58,691 nt of DNA. Origin: Chloroflexota bacterium. GTDB lineage: Bacteria; Chloroflexota; Dehalococcoidia; JACQUD01. Shown piece after piece: positions 46,133 to 56,436 of this stretch (position 1 is its first letter; each line of letters opens with the position of its first letter). The position numbers and the translations under genes were made by a program. Below the pieces are notes generated by a model, which did no database searches, was not told the origin of the DNA, and saw only the letters and a list, made by a program, of their open reading frames with translations. The stretch covers positions 1 to 58,691 of the forward strand of contig JACQUD010000061.1 of NCBI GenBank assembly GCA_016210485.1, read 5' to 3'.

Positions 46133-47386
46133 CTAGGAAATCTCCTCTGGGCTAGCGATCCTACCCAGCACGGCGGAGGCGGCGGCCACCGCTGGGCCGG
46201 CCAGATAGACCTCGGACTTGGGGCTGCCCATGCGCCCCACGAAGTTGCGGTTGGTGGTAGAGACGGCCCGCTCCCCCATCGCCAGCACCCCCATATGCCC
46301 CCCCAGGCATGGCCCGCAGGTGGGAGTGCTCACCACTGCCCCTGCCCACACCAGCGCCTCAATGATGCCCTCCCTCAGAGCGCGCAGATAAACCTCCTGG
46401 CTCCCCGGGATGACCACACAGCGCACCCGGGGGTGGACCTGCCGCCCCCGCAGGACCTGCGCCGCCACCCTCAGGTCCTCCAGGCGACCGTTGGTGCAAC
46501 TGCCGATGACCGCCTGGTCTATCTCCACACCCTTTACTTGACTCACCGGGGCCACGTTGGAGGGGAGGTGAGGGGCCGCCACCTGGGGCTCCAGAGAGGA
46601 GACATCATACTCGTGGACGGCCAGATACTGGGCGTCGCGGTCGGGCACATAGGCGGTGTAGGGACGACTGGTTCGCCCCTTGAGGTAAGTTCGAGTCTTG
46701 CGGTCCACCCGGAACAGGCCAGCCTTGGCTCCAGCCTCGATGGCCATGTTGGCCATGGTGAAGCGCCCCTCTATGGGCAAGGCGTCTATGGCCTCGCCCA
46801 CGAACTCCATGGCGGCGTAACGTGCACCATCCACCCCGATCTGGCCTATGGTGTAGAGGATGAGGTCCTTCCCCCCCACCCAGGGCTGGAGTCGACCGTG
46901 GTAGACGAACTTTATAGTTGGAGGGACCCGCATCCAGATGTCGCCGGTGGCCATAGCGCAGGCGATGTCTGTGGAGCCCATGCCCGTAGCAAAGGCCCCC
47001 AGAGCGCCGTAGGTACAAGTGTGGGAGTCGGCGGCCACCACCACCTCGCCGGGGAGCACCAGGCCCTTCTCCGGCAAGAGGACGTGCTCGATGCCCATGG
47101 CCCCTACCTCGAAATAGACGATGCCCTGCTCCCGGGCGAAGTCCCGGATCAGCTTGGCCTGCTCCGCCGACTCGATGTCCTTAGCCGGGACGAAGTGGTC
47201 GGGGATCATAACCACCTTGGAAGGGTCGAAGACCCTTTTCACTCCCAGTCGACGGAACTCCCGAATGGCGATGGGGGCGGTGATATCGTTGGACATGACC
47301 AGGTCTGCCCGGACGTTGATGAGCTCGCCGGGAGAGACTTTGTCACGGCTACAATGAGCAGCTAATATTTTTTCAGCTAGAGTCAA
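46133..47386 (-). CDS. leuC: 3-isopropylmalate dehydratase large subunit
   Basis: 417 aa. 'DSHTCTYGALGAFATG' and 'GSCTNGR' are the aconitase-family Cys ligands. Confidence 0.9.
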   Translation of the reverse strand: MTLAEKILAAHCSRDKVSPGELINVRADLVMSNDITAPIAIREFRRLGVKRVFDPSKVVMIPDHFVPAKDIESAEQAKLIRDFAREQGIVYFEVGAMGIEHVLLPEKGLVLPGEVVVAADSHTCTYGALGAFATGMGSTDIACAMATGDIWMRVPPTIKFVYHGRLQPWVGGKDLILYTIGQIGVDGARYAAMEFVGEAIDALPIEGRFTMANMAIEAGAKAGLFRVDRKTRTYLKGRTSRPYTAYVPDRDAQYLAVHEYDVSSLEPQVAAPHLPSNVAPVSQVKGVEIDQAVIGSCTNGRLEDLRVAAQVLRGRQVHPRVRCVVIPGSQEVYLRALREGIIEALVWAGAVVSTPTCGPCLGGHMGVLAMGERAVSTTNRNFVGRMGSPKSEVYLAGPAVAAASAVLGRIASPEEIS

Positions 47387-47442
47387 GTTCGTCCCCTCCT
47401 GAAAATCTCGATGCCTCTCTTAATAATAGCGCCAGGCCAAAG

Positions 47443-48993
47443 CTACTTCTCTTCTTTCTGGTCCTTCCTGCTTCTCTGGGCAGTGAGGAGGCGGTTCAGG
47501 GCATTAACGTAGGCTCGGGCCGAGGCTACGATGATGTCGGTGTGAGCGCCCCGGCCGGTGTAGATGCTTCCCTCGCTCTCGATGCGGATAGTGACCTCGC
47601 CCAGGGCCTCGGTGGTCTCTGTGATGGATTTGACACTGAACTCCACCAACTTGTTGGATACGTCCACTACCTGGCCTATGGCCCGGTTTATGGCATTGTA
47701 GACGGCGTCTACGGGGCCGTTCCCCAGGGCGGCGTCGGCCAAGGGCTCCCCTTGAGGCCCGGTGAGGCGCACCGAGGCGGTGGGTACGCCAGGGTCGCCA
47801 CTGGAGACCTGCACGTGGTCCAGCTTATACAGGTCTGATACGTGGCGCATCTCCTCAGCCACCAGGGCCTCGATATCCCGGTCGTCCACGGCCTTCTTCT
47901 TAGTCGCAAGCTCCTGGAAGGCGGTGAAGGAGCGGCTGAGCGCCTCGTCGCTCAGAGTGTAACCCATCTCCAAGAGGTGCTCTCGAAAGGCATGGCGGCC
48001 GCTGAGCTTGCCCAGGGATAGAATAGTGCCCGGCACGCCGATGTCCCGTGGGTTCATGATCTCATAGGTAGCGCGCTCCTTTATGATGCCGTCTTGGTGG
48101 ATGCCAGACTCGTGGCGGAAGGCGTTGCCCCCTACGATGGCCTTGTTGAGTTGTACGGCGATGCCGGTGAGCTCGCTGACCAGCCGGCTAATTTGGTAAA
48201 TTTGAGTAGTATCGATATTCGTGATGAAGTTGAAGAAGTCCTGGCGAGTGCGCAGGGCCATGACGATCTCCTCCAGAGAGGCGTTGCCGGCCCTCTCCCC
48301 CAGGCCATTGATGGTGCACTCCACCTGCCTGGCCCCAGCCCGAATAGCGGCAAGGCTATTGGCCACCGCCAGGCCCAGGTCATCGTGGCAGTGTACGCTG
48401 ACCACCGCTTTGTCGATGTTAGGCACGTTCTGGAAGACCCCCCGGATCAGCTCGCCGAACTCCTCGGGGGTGGAGTAGCCCACCGTATCGGGGATGTTCA
48501 CTGTGGTGGCTCCTGCCTCGATACAGGCCTTTATAAGCTGATATACATAGGCCGGCTCGGAGCGGCTAGCGTCCATGGGGGAGAACTCCACGTCGTCCAC
48601 ATAGGTTTTGGCCCGCTTCACCGCCTCCACCGCCATCATCAGCACTTGCTCCCGGTCCTTCTTGAGCTGGTGCATGAGGTGGATGTCGGAACTGGAGAGG
48701 AACGTGTGGATGCGAGGGTGGGTCGCCATCTCCACGGCCTTGGCCGCGGCCTCCACATCCTGGGGCAAGGCCCTGGCCAGGCCACAGATGATGGGTCGGC
48801 GCACCTCTCGGGCGATGAGGCTCACTGCCTCCATCTCGATGGCGGAGTTGACGGGGGTGCCGGCCTCGATGACATCCACCCCCAACCGGTCGAGCTGCCA
48901 AGCAATCTCCAGCTTCTCTTGAACGTTAAGAGTGGCGCCGGGGGTCTGCTCCCCGTCCCGAAGGGTAGTGTCAAAGATGATGACCTTGTCCAT
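47443..48993 (-). CDS. leuA: 2-isopropylmalate synthase
   Basis: ORF track extends to 49008. The ATG at 48993 ('[16 protein letters not shown]') has a GAGGGGA 6 nt upstream. Confidence 0.9.
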   Translation of the reverse strand: MDKVIIFDTTLRDGEQTPGATLNVQEKLEIAWQLDRLGVDVIEAGTPVNSAIEMEAVSLIAREVRRPIICGLARALPQDVEAAAKAVEMATHPRIHTFLSSSDIHLMHQLKKDREQVLMMAVEAVKRAKTYVDDVEFSPMDASRSEPAYVYQLIKACIEAGATTVNIPDTVGYSTPEEFGELIRGVFQNVPNIDKAVVSVHCHDDLGLAVANSLAAIRAGARQVECTINGLGERAGNASLEEIVMALRTRQDFFNFITNIDTTQIYQISRLVSELTGIAVQLNKAIVGGNAFRHESGIHQDGIIKERATYEIMNPRDIGVPGTILSLGKLSGRHAFREHLLEMGYTLSDEALSRSFTAFQELATKKKAVDDRDIEALVAEEMRHVSDLYKLDHVQVSSGDPGVPTASVRLTGPQGEPLADAALGNGPVDAVYNAINRAIGQVVDVSNKLVEFSVKSITETTEALGEVTIRIESEGSIYTGRGAHTDIIVASARAYVNALNRLLTAQRSRKDQKEEK

Positions 48994-49008
48994 GCTGGTT
49001 CCCCTCAT

Positions 49009-49030
49009 ACCCCAGGTTTAAACCTGGGGT
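49009..49030. repeat. Perfect 22-nt palindrome between ilvC and leuA
   Basis: accccaggtttaaacctggggt lies immediately 5' of the leuA RBS on the minus strand. Confidence 0.7.
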
Positions 49031-49041
49031 GTAGCCCCGAC

Positions 49042-50030
<989 letters not shown>

Positions 50031-50031
<1 letters not shown>

Positions 50032-50588
50032 TAGCTACCTCCTTCTTGTTTCCGTCCCTTGCCTCGGCTAGGGCGGCTCTCAGCCTCCACCCCCAATGTC
50101 CCGGCTGGCCCCCGGGCCATGGCGAGGCGCCCGGTGCGGGATAGCTCCCTCACGCCAAAGCCTTTGAGGAGGCGGAACAGGGAGTCCACCTTATCCGTAT
50201 CTCCGGTGACCTCGATGATGAGGGAATCCGGGGCGACATCTATGATGTTGGCCCGGAAAATATCGGCTATCTGGATGATCTCACCCCTGGTGGAGGGCGT
50301 GGCCTTGACCTTTATGAGGGCCAGCTCTCGGGCTACCAACTCGGACTCGGCGAAGTCCGAGACCTTTACCACATCCACTATCTTGTAGAGCTGCTTGGTC
50401 ACCTGGTCCAGGACGGCGGTGGCCCCATCCACAACGATGGTCATCCGGGAGACGCCGGCCTGCTCGCTATGCCCCACGGCCAGGCTCTCGATATTGAAGC
50501 CCCGGCGACGGAACATGCTGGCCACTCGATTGAGGACGCCGGGTTTGTCCTCCACCAGGGCCACTATGGTGTGCTTCGTCGTGGCCAT
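50031..50588 (-). CDS. ilvN: Acetolactate synthase small (regulatory) subunit
   Basis: 185 aa. '[31 protein letters not shown]' is the ACT domain. Confidence 0.9.
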
Positions 50589-52279
50589 CCTCTAGCTACC
50601 GCCTCTCTTTTAGGCTCTTTTATGAACTCCGCCAGGGTTGCCCCCGGGGGAACCATGGGGAAGACGCACTCCTCCGGCTCCACGTGGAAATCTATAAGGA
50701 ATGGGCCAGGGCAGTCCTTGGCCTGCTGGATGGCTGGGACCACCTCCTCCCTGCGGGTCACTTTGCAGCCCTCGATGCCATAGGCGTGGGCGATGGCTAC
50801 GAAGTCGGGGCCGGAGAGGGGGGTGGCCACATACCGCTTGCCGTAGAAAAGCTCCTGCCACTGGCGCACCATTCCCAGGAAGCTGTTGTTCATGATGGCC
50901 ATCTTCACATCCAGCTTCTCTTGGGTCAAGATAGCCAGCTCCTGAATGGTCATCTGGAAGCCACCATCACCGCAGATGGCCCACACCGCCTCCTGGGGGC
51001 AGCCCACCTTGGCACCGATGGCTGCCGGCAGCTCGAAACCCATAGTCCCCAGGCCCCCAGAGGAGATGAGGCTGTTTGGCTTGTGGAAGCGGTAATGAAG
51101 GGCCGTCCACATCTGGTGCTGGCCCACGCCGGTGACGATGATGGCTTCGCCTTTGGTGGCCTCCCAAATTTGGGATATGACGTATTGAGGGAGGAGATGC
51201 TCTCCGCCGGGGTCGGAGTCCAGGGGATACTGGCGCCGCCATTCCTCGATCTGTCGCAGCCATTCGCTATGGGCTTTCGCCTCAACCAAGGGGTTCAGAC
51301 TCTGGAGCACATTCTTCACATCCCCCACGATAGGAACGGTGGCCGGCACGTTCTTGCTTATCTCCGCGGGGTCGATGTCAATATGGACTATCCTCGCCTG
51401 GGGAGCGAAGCCGCTGACCCGGCCCGTGGCCCGGTCGTCGAACCGCATCCCGATGGCCACGATGACATCGGCGTGGGAGACAGCCAGGTTGGCATAGGCC
51501 GTGCCATGCATGCCCAGCATGCCCAGGTGCAGGATATGGTTGTGGGGGAAGGAGCTGAGGCCCAGGAGGGTATTGACCACCGGCATCTGCGCCTTCTCCG
51601 CTAGCTCCCTGAGCTCGGCGTAGGCTTGAGAAACAATGACACCCCGGCCAGCGATGATGAGAGGCCGCTGGGCCTCATTGATGAGTTGGGCCGCTTTCTT
51701 TATCTGGGCGGGGTGGCCCTGGAGGGTGGGCTTGAAGCCAGGCAGCTCTATCTTATCGGGATAGTGGAAATTCGCCTCTTCGTCGAAGACATCCCTGGGG
51801 ATATCCACCAGCACCGGCCCGGGGTGGCCAGTTTGGGCGATGTAAAAAGCCTCAGCCATGACCTCGGCCAAGTCCTCGGCCCTCATCACCAGGTAGTTGT
51901 GCTTGGTGATAGGGAGGGTGATGCCGGTGATGTCTGCCTCCTGAAAGGCATCCTTGCCGATGAAGGGCCGGGCCACCTGGCCGGTGATGGCCACCATAGG
52001 TACAGAGTCCATATAGGCGTTGGCGATGCCGGTGACCAGATTGGTAGCCCCTGGCCCCGAGGTGGCGAAGCAAACGCCGACCTTGCCCGTGGCCCGGGCG
52101 TAGCCGTCGGCAGCGTGGGCCGCACCCTGCTCGTGGCGCACCAGGATGTGTCGGAGCTGAGGGTAGCTGGGCAGGGTGTCGTATAGGCGGATGACGGCCC
52201 CGCCGGGGAAGCCGAAGATGGTATCCACCCCCTCTTTGAGGAGGGATTCGCAGACTATTTGAGCGCCTCTGATTTTCAT
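50564..52279 (-). CDS. ilvB: Acetolactate synthase large subunit
   Basis: 571 aa. 'GFPGGAV' is present, and '[16 protein letters not shown]...GDGGFQM' is the ThDP motif. Confidence 0.95.
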   Translation of the reverse strand: MKIRGAQIVCESLLKEGVDTIFGFPGGAVIRLYDTLPSYPQLRHILVRHEQGAAHAADGYARATGKVGVCFATSGPGATNLVTGIANAYMDSVPMVAITGQVARPFIGKDAFQEADITGITLPITKHNYLVMRAEDLAEVMAEAFYIAQTGHPGPVLVDIPRDVFDEEANFHYPDKIELPGFKPTLQGHPAQIKKAAQLINEAQRPLIIAGRGVIVSQAYAELRELAEKAQMPVVNTLLGLSSFPHNHILHLGMLGMHGTAYANLAVSHADVIVAIGMRFDDRATGRVSGFAPQARIVHIDIDPAEISKNVPATVPIVGDVKNVLQSLNPLVEAKAHSEWLRQIEEWRRQYPLDSDPGGEHLLPQYVISQIWEATKGEAIIVTGVGQHQMWTALHYRFHKPNSLISSGGLGTMGFELPAAIGAKVGCPQEAVWAICGDGGFQMTIQELAILTQEKLDVKMAIMNNSFLGMVRQWQELFYGKRYVATPLSGPDFVAIAHAYGIEGCKVTRREEVVPAIQQAKDCPGPFLIDFHVEPEECVFPMVPPGATLAEFIKEPKREAVARGWPRRSTP

Positions 52280-53937
52280 CTCGTTGTCTCCAGCACCGCG
52301 CCCCGGCTGGCGCTGCCCACCTGCTGAATATACCTGAGGAGGTAGCCATCCTTGACCCTGGGCTGGAAGGGGAGAAGCTTGGCCAGACGGGCTTTAATCT
52401 CCCTCTGGGTCAATTCCACCTCCAGCTTCTGAGCAGGTATATCAATCTTGATTATATCGCCGTCTCTCAAGGCAGCTATGGGGCCGCGGGATGCCGCCTC
52501 GGGGGAGACGTGGCCTATGGCTGCCCCCCTACTAGCGCCCGAAAAACGGCCGTCGGTGACCAGGGCCACTTGCCCCTCCAGGCCCATCCCGCTGATAAGG
52601 GAGGTGGGGGTGAGCATCTCCGGCATCCCCGGCCCGCCTTTCGGCCCTTCGTAACGGATGACCACCACCTCTCCAGGCCGAACGTGCCCGGCCATGATGC
52701 CTCTGGTAGCCTCCTCCTCAGAATCGAAGATACGGGCCGTCCCTCGGCGCACCTGGGACTCTTTGTCCACCGCTGCCGCCTTGACCACGGCCCCCTCCGG
52801 GGCCAGGTTGCCGAAGAGGACGGCGATGCCTCCAGTAGCCGAGTAAGGCTGGGATATGGGCCGAATCACCCGGCGGTCCCTGGCCTTCACCCCGGCCAGG
52901 TCCTGTCTCAGAGTTCTGCCTGTGGCGGTCTTCACCTTCAGATTCAGTTTGTCCTTCACCTCAGCCATGACAGCGGGGATGCCCCCGGCCAGATCGAGGT
53001 CCTCCACATGGTGCTCCCCCGCCGGGCTGAGGCGGCAGAGGTGAGGGGTGCCCAGGCTGAGGCGGTTTATCTCGGCTAGGGGGAAATCGGCGCCTAGCTC
53101 GTGGGCCAGAGCCATGAGGTGCAGCACCGAGTTAGTGGAGCCCCCCAGGGCCATGTCCACCACGAAGGCGTTGGCGATAGAATCCCGGGTGACGATGTCC
53201 CGGGGCCGCAGGTCGCTCCTTAGCAAAGCCATGACCTGGTGTCCGGCATCCTTGGCCAGGCGGATGCGACGGGCATCTACCGCGGGGATGGTGCCGTGGC
53301 CGGGGAGGCCCATTCCCAGGGCCTCGGTGAGGCAGTTCATGGTGTTGGCGGTGAACATACCAGCGCAGGAGCCGCAGCCGGGGCAGGCTACTTCCTCCAG
53401 AGCCGAAAGCTCTTCCTGGGATATGGCCCCCGCCACCACCTTCCCTACCGCCTGGAACACGGTGCTCAGGTCTACCTTCTGGCCCTCCCAGGTGCCGGCC
53501 AGCATAGGCCCGCCCGAGACGAAGATGGTGGGGAGGTTGAGGCGCACCGCGGCCATGAGCATTCCAGGGATAATCTTATCGCAGTTGGGGATGAGCACCA
53601 GGGCATCGAAGCCGTGGCCTCGGGCCAGCACCTCCACGCTATCGGCGATGAGCTCCCGGCTGGGCAAGCTAAAGCGCATGCCGGGATGGTTCATAGCCAG
53701 GCCGTCGCACACCCCGATGGTGTTCACCTCGAAGGGGGTACCGCCGGCGGAGCGGACGCCGTCCTTGACGGCCTGGGCCACCTCCCGCAAATGCCGGTGC
53801 CCGGGGATGACCTCGCTATAGGTGTTGACCACCCCGACGAAAGGCTGGTCTATCTCCCACTGGGAGAGACCCAATGCCCGCAGCAGGGAGCGGTGCGGCG
53901 CTCGCTCTATTCCTTTCTTGACAGCATCGCTTTGCAT
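52276..53937 (-). CDS. ilvD: Dihydroxy-acid dehydratase
   Basis: ORF track extends to 54042. I trimmed it to '[19 protein letters not shown]'. 'CDKIIPGM' and '[10 protein letters not shown]' are present. Confidence 0.9.
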   Translation of the reverse strand: MQSDAVKKGIERAPHRSLLRALGLSQWEIDQPFVGVVNTYSEVIPGHRHLREVAQAVKDGVRSAGGTPFEVNTIGVCDGLAMNHPGMRFSLPSRELIADSVEVLARGHGFDALVLIPNCDKIIPGMLMAAVRLNLPTIFVSGGPMLAGTWEGQKVDLSTVFQAVGKVVAGAISQEELSALEEVACPGCGSCAGMFTANTMNCLTEALGMGLPGHGTIPAVDARRIRLAKDAGHQVMALLRSDLRPRDIVTRDSIANAFVVDMALGGSTNSVLHLMALAHELGADFPLAEINRLSLGTPHLCRLSPAGEHHVEDLDLAGGIPAVMAEVKDKLNLKVKTATGRTLRQDLAGVKARDRRVIRPISQPYSATGGIAVLFGNLAPEGAVVKAAAVDKESQVRRGTARIFDSEEEATRGIMAGHVRPGEVVVIRYEGPKGGPGMPEMLTPTSLISGMGLEGQVALVTDGRFSGASRGAAIGHVSPEAASRGPIAALRDGDIIKIDIPAQKLEVELTQREIKARLAKLLPFQPRVKDGYLLRYIQQVGSASRGAVLETTR

Positions 53938-53944
53938 CGTTCCC

Positions 53945-53983
53945 CTACCAAAAAGTCCGTCCACCCCAGGCGGACGGACACAT
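53945..53983 (-). CDS. Candidate 12-codon uORF spanning the ilv leader hairpin
   Basis: The minus strand reads AGGGGAAca-ATG TGT CCG TCC GCC TGG GGT GGA CGG ACT TTT TGG TAG ([12 protein letters not shown]). It ends 7 nt before the ilvD ATG, which has the same AGGGGAAC box. Confidence 0.25.
   Translation of the reverse strand: MCPSAWGGRTFW
53950..53979 (-). terminator. Intrinsic terminator-like hairpin in the ilv-leu leader
   Basis: On the minus strand the stem GTCCGTCC / GGACGGAC has a 9-nt loop and is followed by TTTTT. It lies between the promoter-like element and the ilvD start. Confidence 0.55.
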
Positions 53984-54013
53984 TGTTCCCCTGATTCAGG
54001 TGGAATCCAGTTA

Positions 54014-54042
54014 AAGCTATCACAGGGCCAAGCTATTGTCAA
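54014..54042 (-). promoter_or_regulatory. Sigma70-like promoter of the ilv-leu operon
   Basis: On the minus strand: TTGACA (54042-54037), a 17-nt spacer and TAGCTT (54019-54014). Confidence 0.45.
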
Positions 54043-54094
54043 GGCAGGAGGGCCTGCCGGTAGTGTCCTAATTTGAGAGGGGGTTTTAGGTGTG

Positions 54095-54301
54095 TCAGTT
54101 TGAAAGCTGACGATGCTGTGATAACCACCAGCGTTGACCTGTGGCCCTGAAGAAGTGACCCTTCGTGCCGCCCTTGTTCAATAACCGCCAACACGGATTA
54201 CAGACGTACTCAAAAACCTCTTTCTGTTTTCCTGCTTCGTCCACAACCACTAGGTAACGTCCGGCAGGGCGGCGATGACCACACATTCTACATTCCGGCA
54301 T
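54095..54301 (-). CDS. Small CxxC...CxxC zinc-ribbon-like protein
   Basis: 68 aa. 'ECRMCGH' and 'VCNPCWRLL' are the two Cys pairs. Confidence 0.55.
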   Translation of the reverse strand: MPECRMCGHRRPAGRYLVVVDEAGKQKEVFEYVCNPCWRLLNKGGTKGHFFRATGQRWWLSQHRQLSN

Positions 54302-54317
54302 TGAGTAGTGTCCTAGT

Positions 54318-54497
54318 CTAACGTCCAGGACGGGAAGGGCGCAACGTAGACTCTATTACTTCCAAACCATCAGAGGTGTCACAGTTAGGACAATCCAATG
54401 TTGCCTCAAGCGCTTCTGCCCGTGTCATGTTGTCTAGACCTCTAGACTCATCAATATACCCACAGTTCCTACACTTCATATCGGTAGTCCAGTTCAC
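54318..54497 (-). CDS. 59-aa zinc-ribbon mini-protein
   Basis: ORF track gives a 101-aa form. I trimmed it to the GTG at 54497, 6 nt after AGGAGG. This gives MNWTTDMKCRNCGY...LDCPNCDTSDG (CxxC...CxxC). Confidence 0.55.
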   Translation of the reverse strand: MNWTTDMKCRNCGYIDESRGLDNMTRAEALEATLDCPNCDTSDGLEVIESTLRPSRPGR

Positions 54498-54656
54498 TTT
54501 GGGCCTCCTGACGAACGGTATTCTTGAACGATAGCCGCATTCACCGCCTTCTCCGGCGAGTCCACAGGCCTTTGGTGGAGCACCGCTAGCTTGTCGGTAA
54601 TGTGGCACTTTGCCTTGGCGCACCGCTTGCCTTCTTATGGTGCGCCCGCTCCCATT

Positions 54657-54890
54657 TCAAGGCGTCCGTTCGAAGGTTAGCTGAAGATATCCCTTTCGGA
54701 TCGCAAAGTCCAGCGCCTGGGGAAGAGCCTCAACTGGCAACTCGCCCCCGCGCGCGGCCTTCCCATTTTTATCGAACCAGGTGTATTTTACTGACTTGGC
54801 TGTGCCGGTCCCATCATCCCACGATGCGACTCCCAAGCGAATTTCGCAATTCGAATCATATTTCGCAGGCTCGCTAAAAGCTGCGCGCAT
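54657..54890 (-). CDS. Small hypothetical protein (possibly PC4/YdbC-like ssDNA-binding fold)
   Basis: 77 aa. 'EIRLGVASWDDGTGTAKSVKYTWFDKNGKAARGGELPVEAL'. A GGAGGA RBS is present. The fold guess is weak. Confidence 0.55.
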   Translation of the reverse strand: MRAAFSEPAKYDSNCEIRLGVASWDDGTGTAKSVKYTWFDKNGKAARGGELPVEALPQALDFAIRKGYLQLTFERTP

Positions 54891-54902
54891 TGCTGTGTCC
54901 TC

Positions 54903-54930
54903 CTATAAGTGAGTGCCAGCATACTTATAG
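54903..54930. promoter_or_regulatory. 8-bp inverted repeat abutting the RBS of the 54890 gene
   Basis: The arms ctataagt (54903-54910) and acttatag (54923-54930) flank a 12-nt spacer. On the minus strand the 3' arm is directly followed by GAGGA and then the ATG. Confidence 0.4.
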
Positions 54931-55087
54931 CACACTCCGAGCACAGTGTCAAGTATTCCTTAAGTCAATTCGCGGGTTCAAACTGACCCCACTACCGGCT
55001 CGCCCTTACGAGCCAGGCGTATGCCAGCAGTTCAAATTTATAGAGGCTAATCGCCTTCGCCCGCTTCGAGCAGATTGATACAGGGCC

Positions 55088-55369
55088 TTAAGCCACCTCG
55101 TAGCGCTCCGCAACCGGATTGCCCTCACGCAGGTGGCCGTATGGGGAAGGCTTTGACCGGAGGAGTGTGATGTGGTCATCCAGGGATTTACTGTCCTTCC
55201 AGCGCTCCAACAGCACGAAACGGTCGGGGTTATCGATGCTGCGGAGCAGGTGATACTCCTCGCAGCCTGGCTCCTTGAGCACGCCGGGTATAACTCCGGT
55301 GAATAGGCGTGCGAACTCGCCACCCTTGCCCTTGGCAGCCATCATATTTACCACCATACGTATCGCCAT
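55088..55369 (-). CDS. Antibiotic-biosynthesis-monooxygenase (ABM) domain protein
   Basis: 93 aa. 'EPGCEEYHLLRSIDNPDRFVLLERWKDSKSLDDH' is a typical ABM core. Confidence 0.75.
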   Translation of the reverse strand: MAIRMVVNMMAAKGKGGEFARLFTGVIPGVLKEPGCEEYHLLRSIDNPDRFVLLERWKDSKSLDDHITLLRSKPSPYGHLREGNPVAERYEVA

Positions 55370-55427
55370 GATTTCCTCCTCTCTGGTGGAGACGAGATCC
55401 CCATCTCCGAGCCTTGTAGGGTGTTTA

Positions 55428-55444
55428 TAACCTATAATAGGTTA
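55428..55444. promoter_or_regulatory. Perfect 17-bp palindrome, a candidate operator upstream of the ABM gene
   Basis: taacctat-a-ataggtta lies about 60 nt upstream of the ATG at 55369 and overlaps TATAAT-like sequence on both strands. Confidence 0.4.
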
Positions 55445-55578
55445 CCAGGCCTGTCAAGACAAGCTGCCCGGGGTTCCCTGGAAACGCCTCTCTCCTCCTG
55501 CCCATACCCTCAGGCTGCGCTGCGTCCACATTCAGCGTATCGCCGTGCCTTTCTCAAAGTCCCGGCGAAGGAGAGCCT

Positions 55579-56358
55579 TCAGGACCCGGAGTAACGCCCC
55601 TCCACGCCGGTGAGTGTATTGAGGGCGATGCTATTAGCCTTGACCTCCTCCCCACGCGGCTCATTTAGGAATTCGTAGCTTTGCTTCTTGATGAACTCCG
55701 AAAGCAGTTGCCCAACACTCTGGAGGTGGCTTATCTCCGTTCCCATGAGAGCCAAGGCCACCTCCCCGGAGTTAGCCAGAGAAGTTTGGCTCAGAAGACT
55801 AAAGGCCGAGGCAAAATGGGGGAGACAAAGCCCCAGGGAGGACCGGAAATCGCCTCGGAAATCCTCGTCATCCAGCATCCGCAGCAGCGTATTCAGGTGT
55901 GCTCTATCCGAGGCCTCCAGGGATTGGCATGCCGGGCAGGCTTGTTTTCCCTGTATGGCCTTCGACACCCCGGAACTAAGGTTGGAGAAGTCAAGCCGTC
56001 GTTTTCTGATTCGAGAGGTAGTACCGCCCCTTTTCGGGGTTTCTCTGGTGTAGCTGGAGATAGTCACTAACTCGTCTAGCACAGCATCGGCGATGCCTTG
56101 GAAATAGAGGGCCAGTCCAAGGCTATCCTCTCTAAAGTCCGTGTAGATAGCTTTGAATAGCTTATGGCTATGGTAACTGCAGAAACCCTTGGCCAGGAGA
56201 ACCTTGTCCCTGAAACCGGGGTCCATCACTACCTCGTTGCTGAGGAGATGCCCTATCTCTCGCTCCTCATCCTTTTCCCAGAGGTGGCACAAAGGGCATT
56301 TCTCCGAGTTTCCCATAGCATTGAGGATAGCTATCGTATGCGAAGTGTGTTTAAGCAT
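55579..56358 (-). CDS. Cys-rich protein with an internal duplication of a CPxC...G(F/L)CxxH module (DUF6062-like)
   Basis: 259 aa. The first half has 'EKCPLCHLWEKDEEREIGHLL...KGFCSYHSHKLF'. The second has 'QACPACQSLEASDRAHLNTLL...LGLCLPHFASAF'. The family name is from memory and unverified. Confidence 0.7.
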   Translation of the reverse strand: MLKHTSHTIAILNAMGNSEKCPLCHLWEKDEEREIGHLLSNEVVMDPGFRDKVLLAKGFCSYHSHKLFKAIYTDFREDSLGLALYFQGIADAVLDELVTISSYTRETPKRGGTTSRIRKRRLDFSNLSSGVSKAIQGKQACPACQSLEASDRAHLNTLLRMLDDEDFRGDFRSSLGLCLPHFASAFSLLSQTSLANSGEVALALMGTEISHLQSVGQLLSEFIKKQSYEFLNEPRGEEVKANSIALNTLTGVEGRYSGS

Positions 56359-56436
56359 ATTTTCTCACCGCAATTTGGGCCATGTTATCGCCAAATGTCT
56401 CCTGAGTCAAGGAATTTAGCAGTGCGTTGAACTACC

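Noticed and set aside
46022-47365. 447-aa ORF on the + strand
   Set aside because: It is exactly antisense to leuC, whose translation has clear aconitase-family motifs. The antisense product is Gly/His/Pro/Arg/Leu-rich with no motif, so it is a typical high-GC shadow ORF.
50684-51604. 306-aa + ORF, plus 51626..52186 and 51852..52349
   Set aside because: They are antisense or out-of-frame within ilvB, which has the ThDP motif on the minus strand.
53048-53994. 257-aa and 251-aa + ORFs
   Set aside because: They are antisense to ilvD and rich in Arg/Ser/Ala/Pro or Gly/His. ilvD is unambiguous on the minus strand.
54053-54075. T-box-like AAATTAGGACACTACCGG on the minus strand upstream of ilvD
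   Set aside because: It lies upstream of the promoter-like element and ~80 nt away from the terminator. A real T-box sequence forms the antiterminator directly adjacent to the terminator, and no specifier-loop or stem I features were seen.
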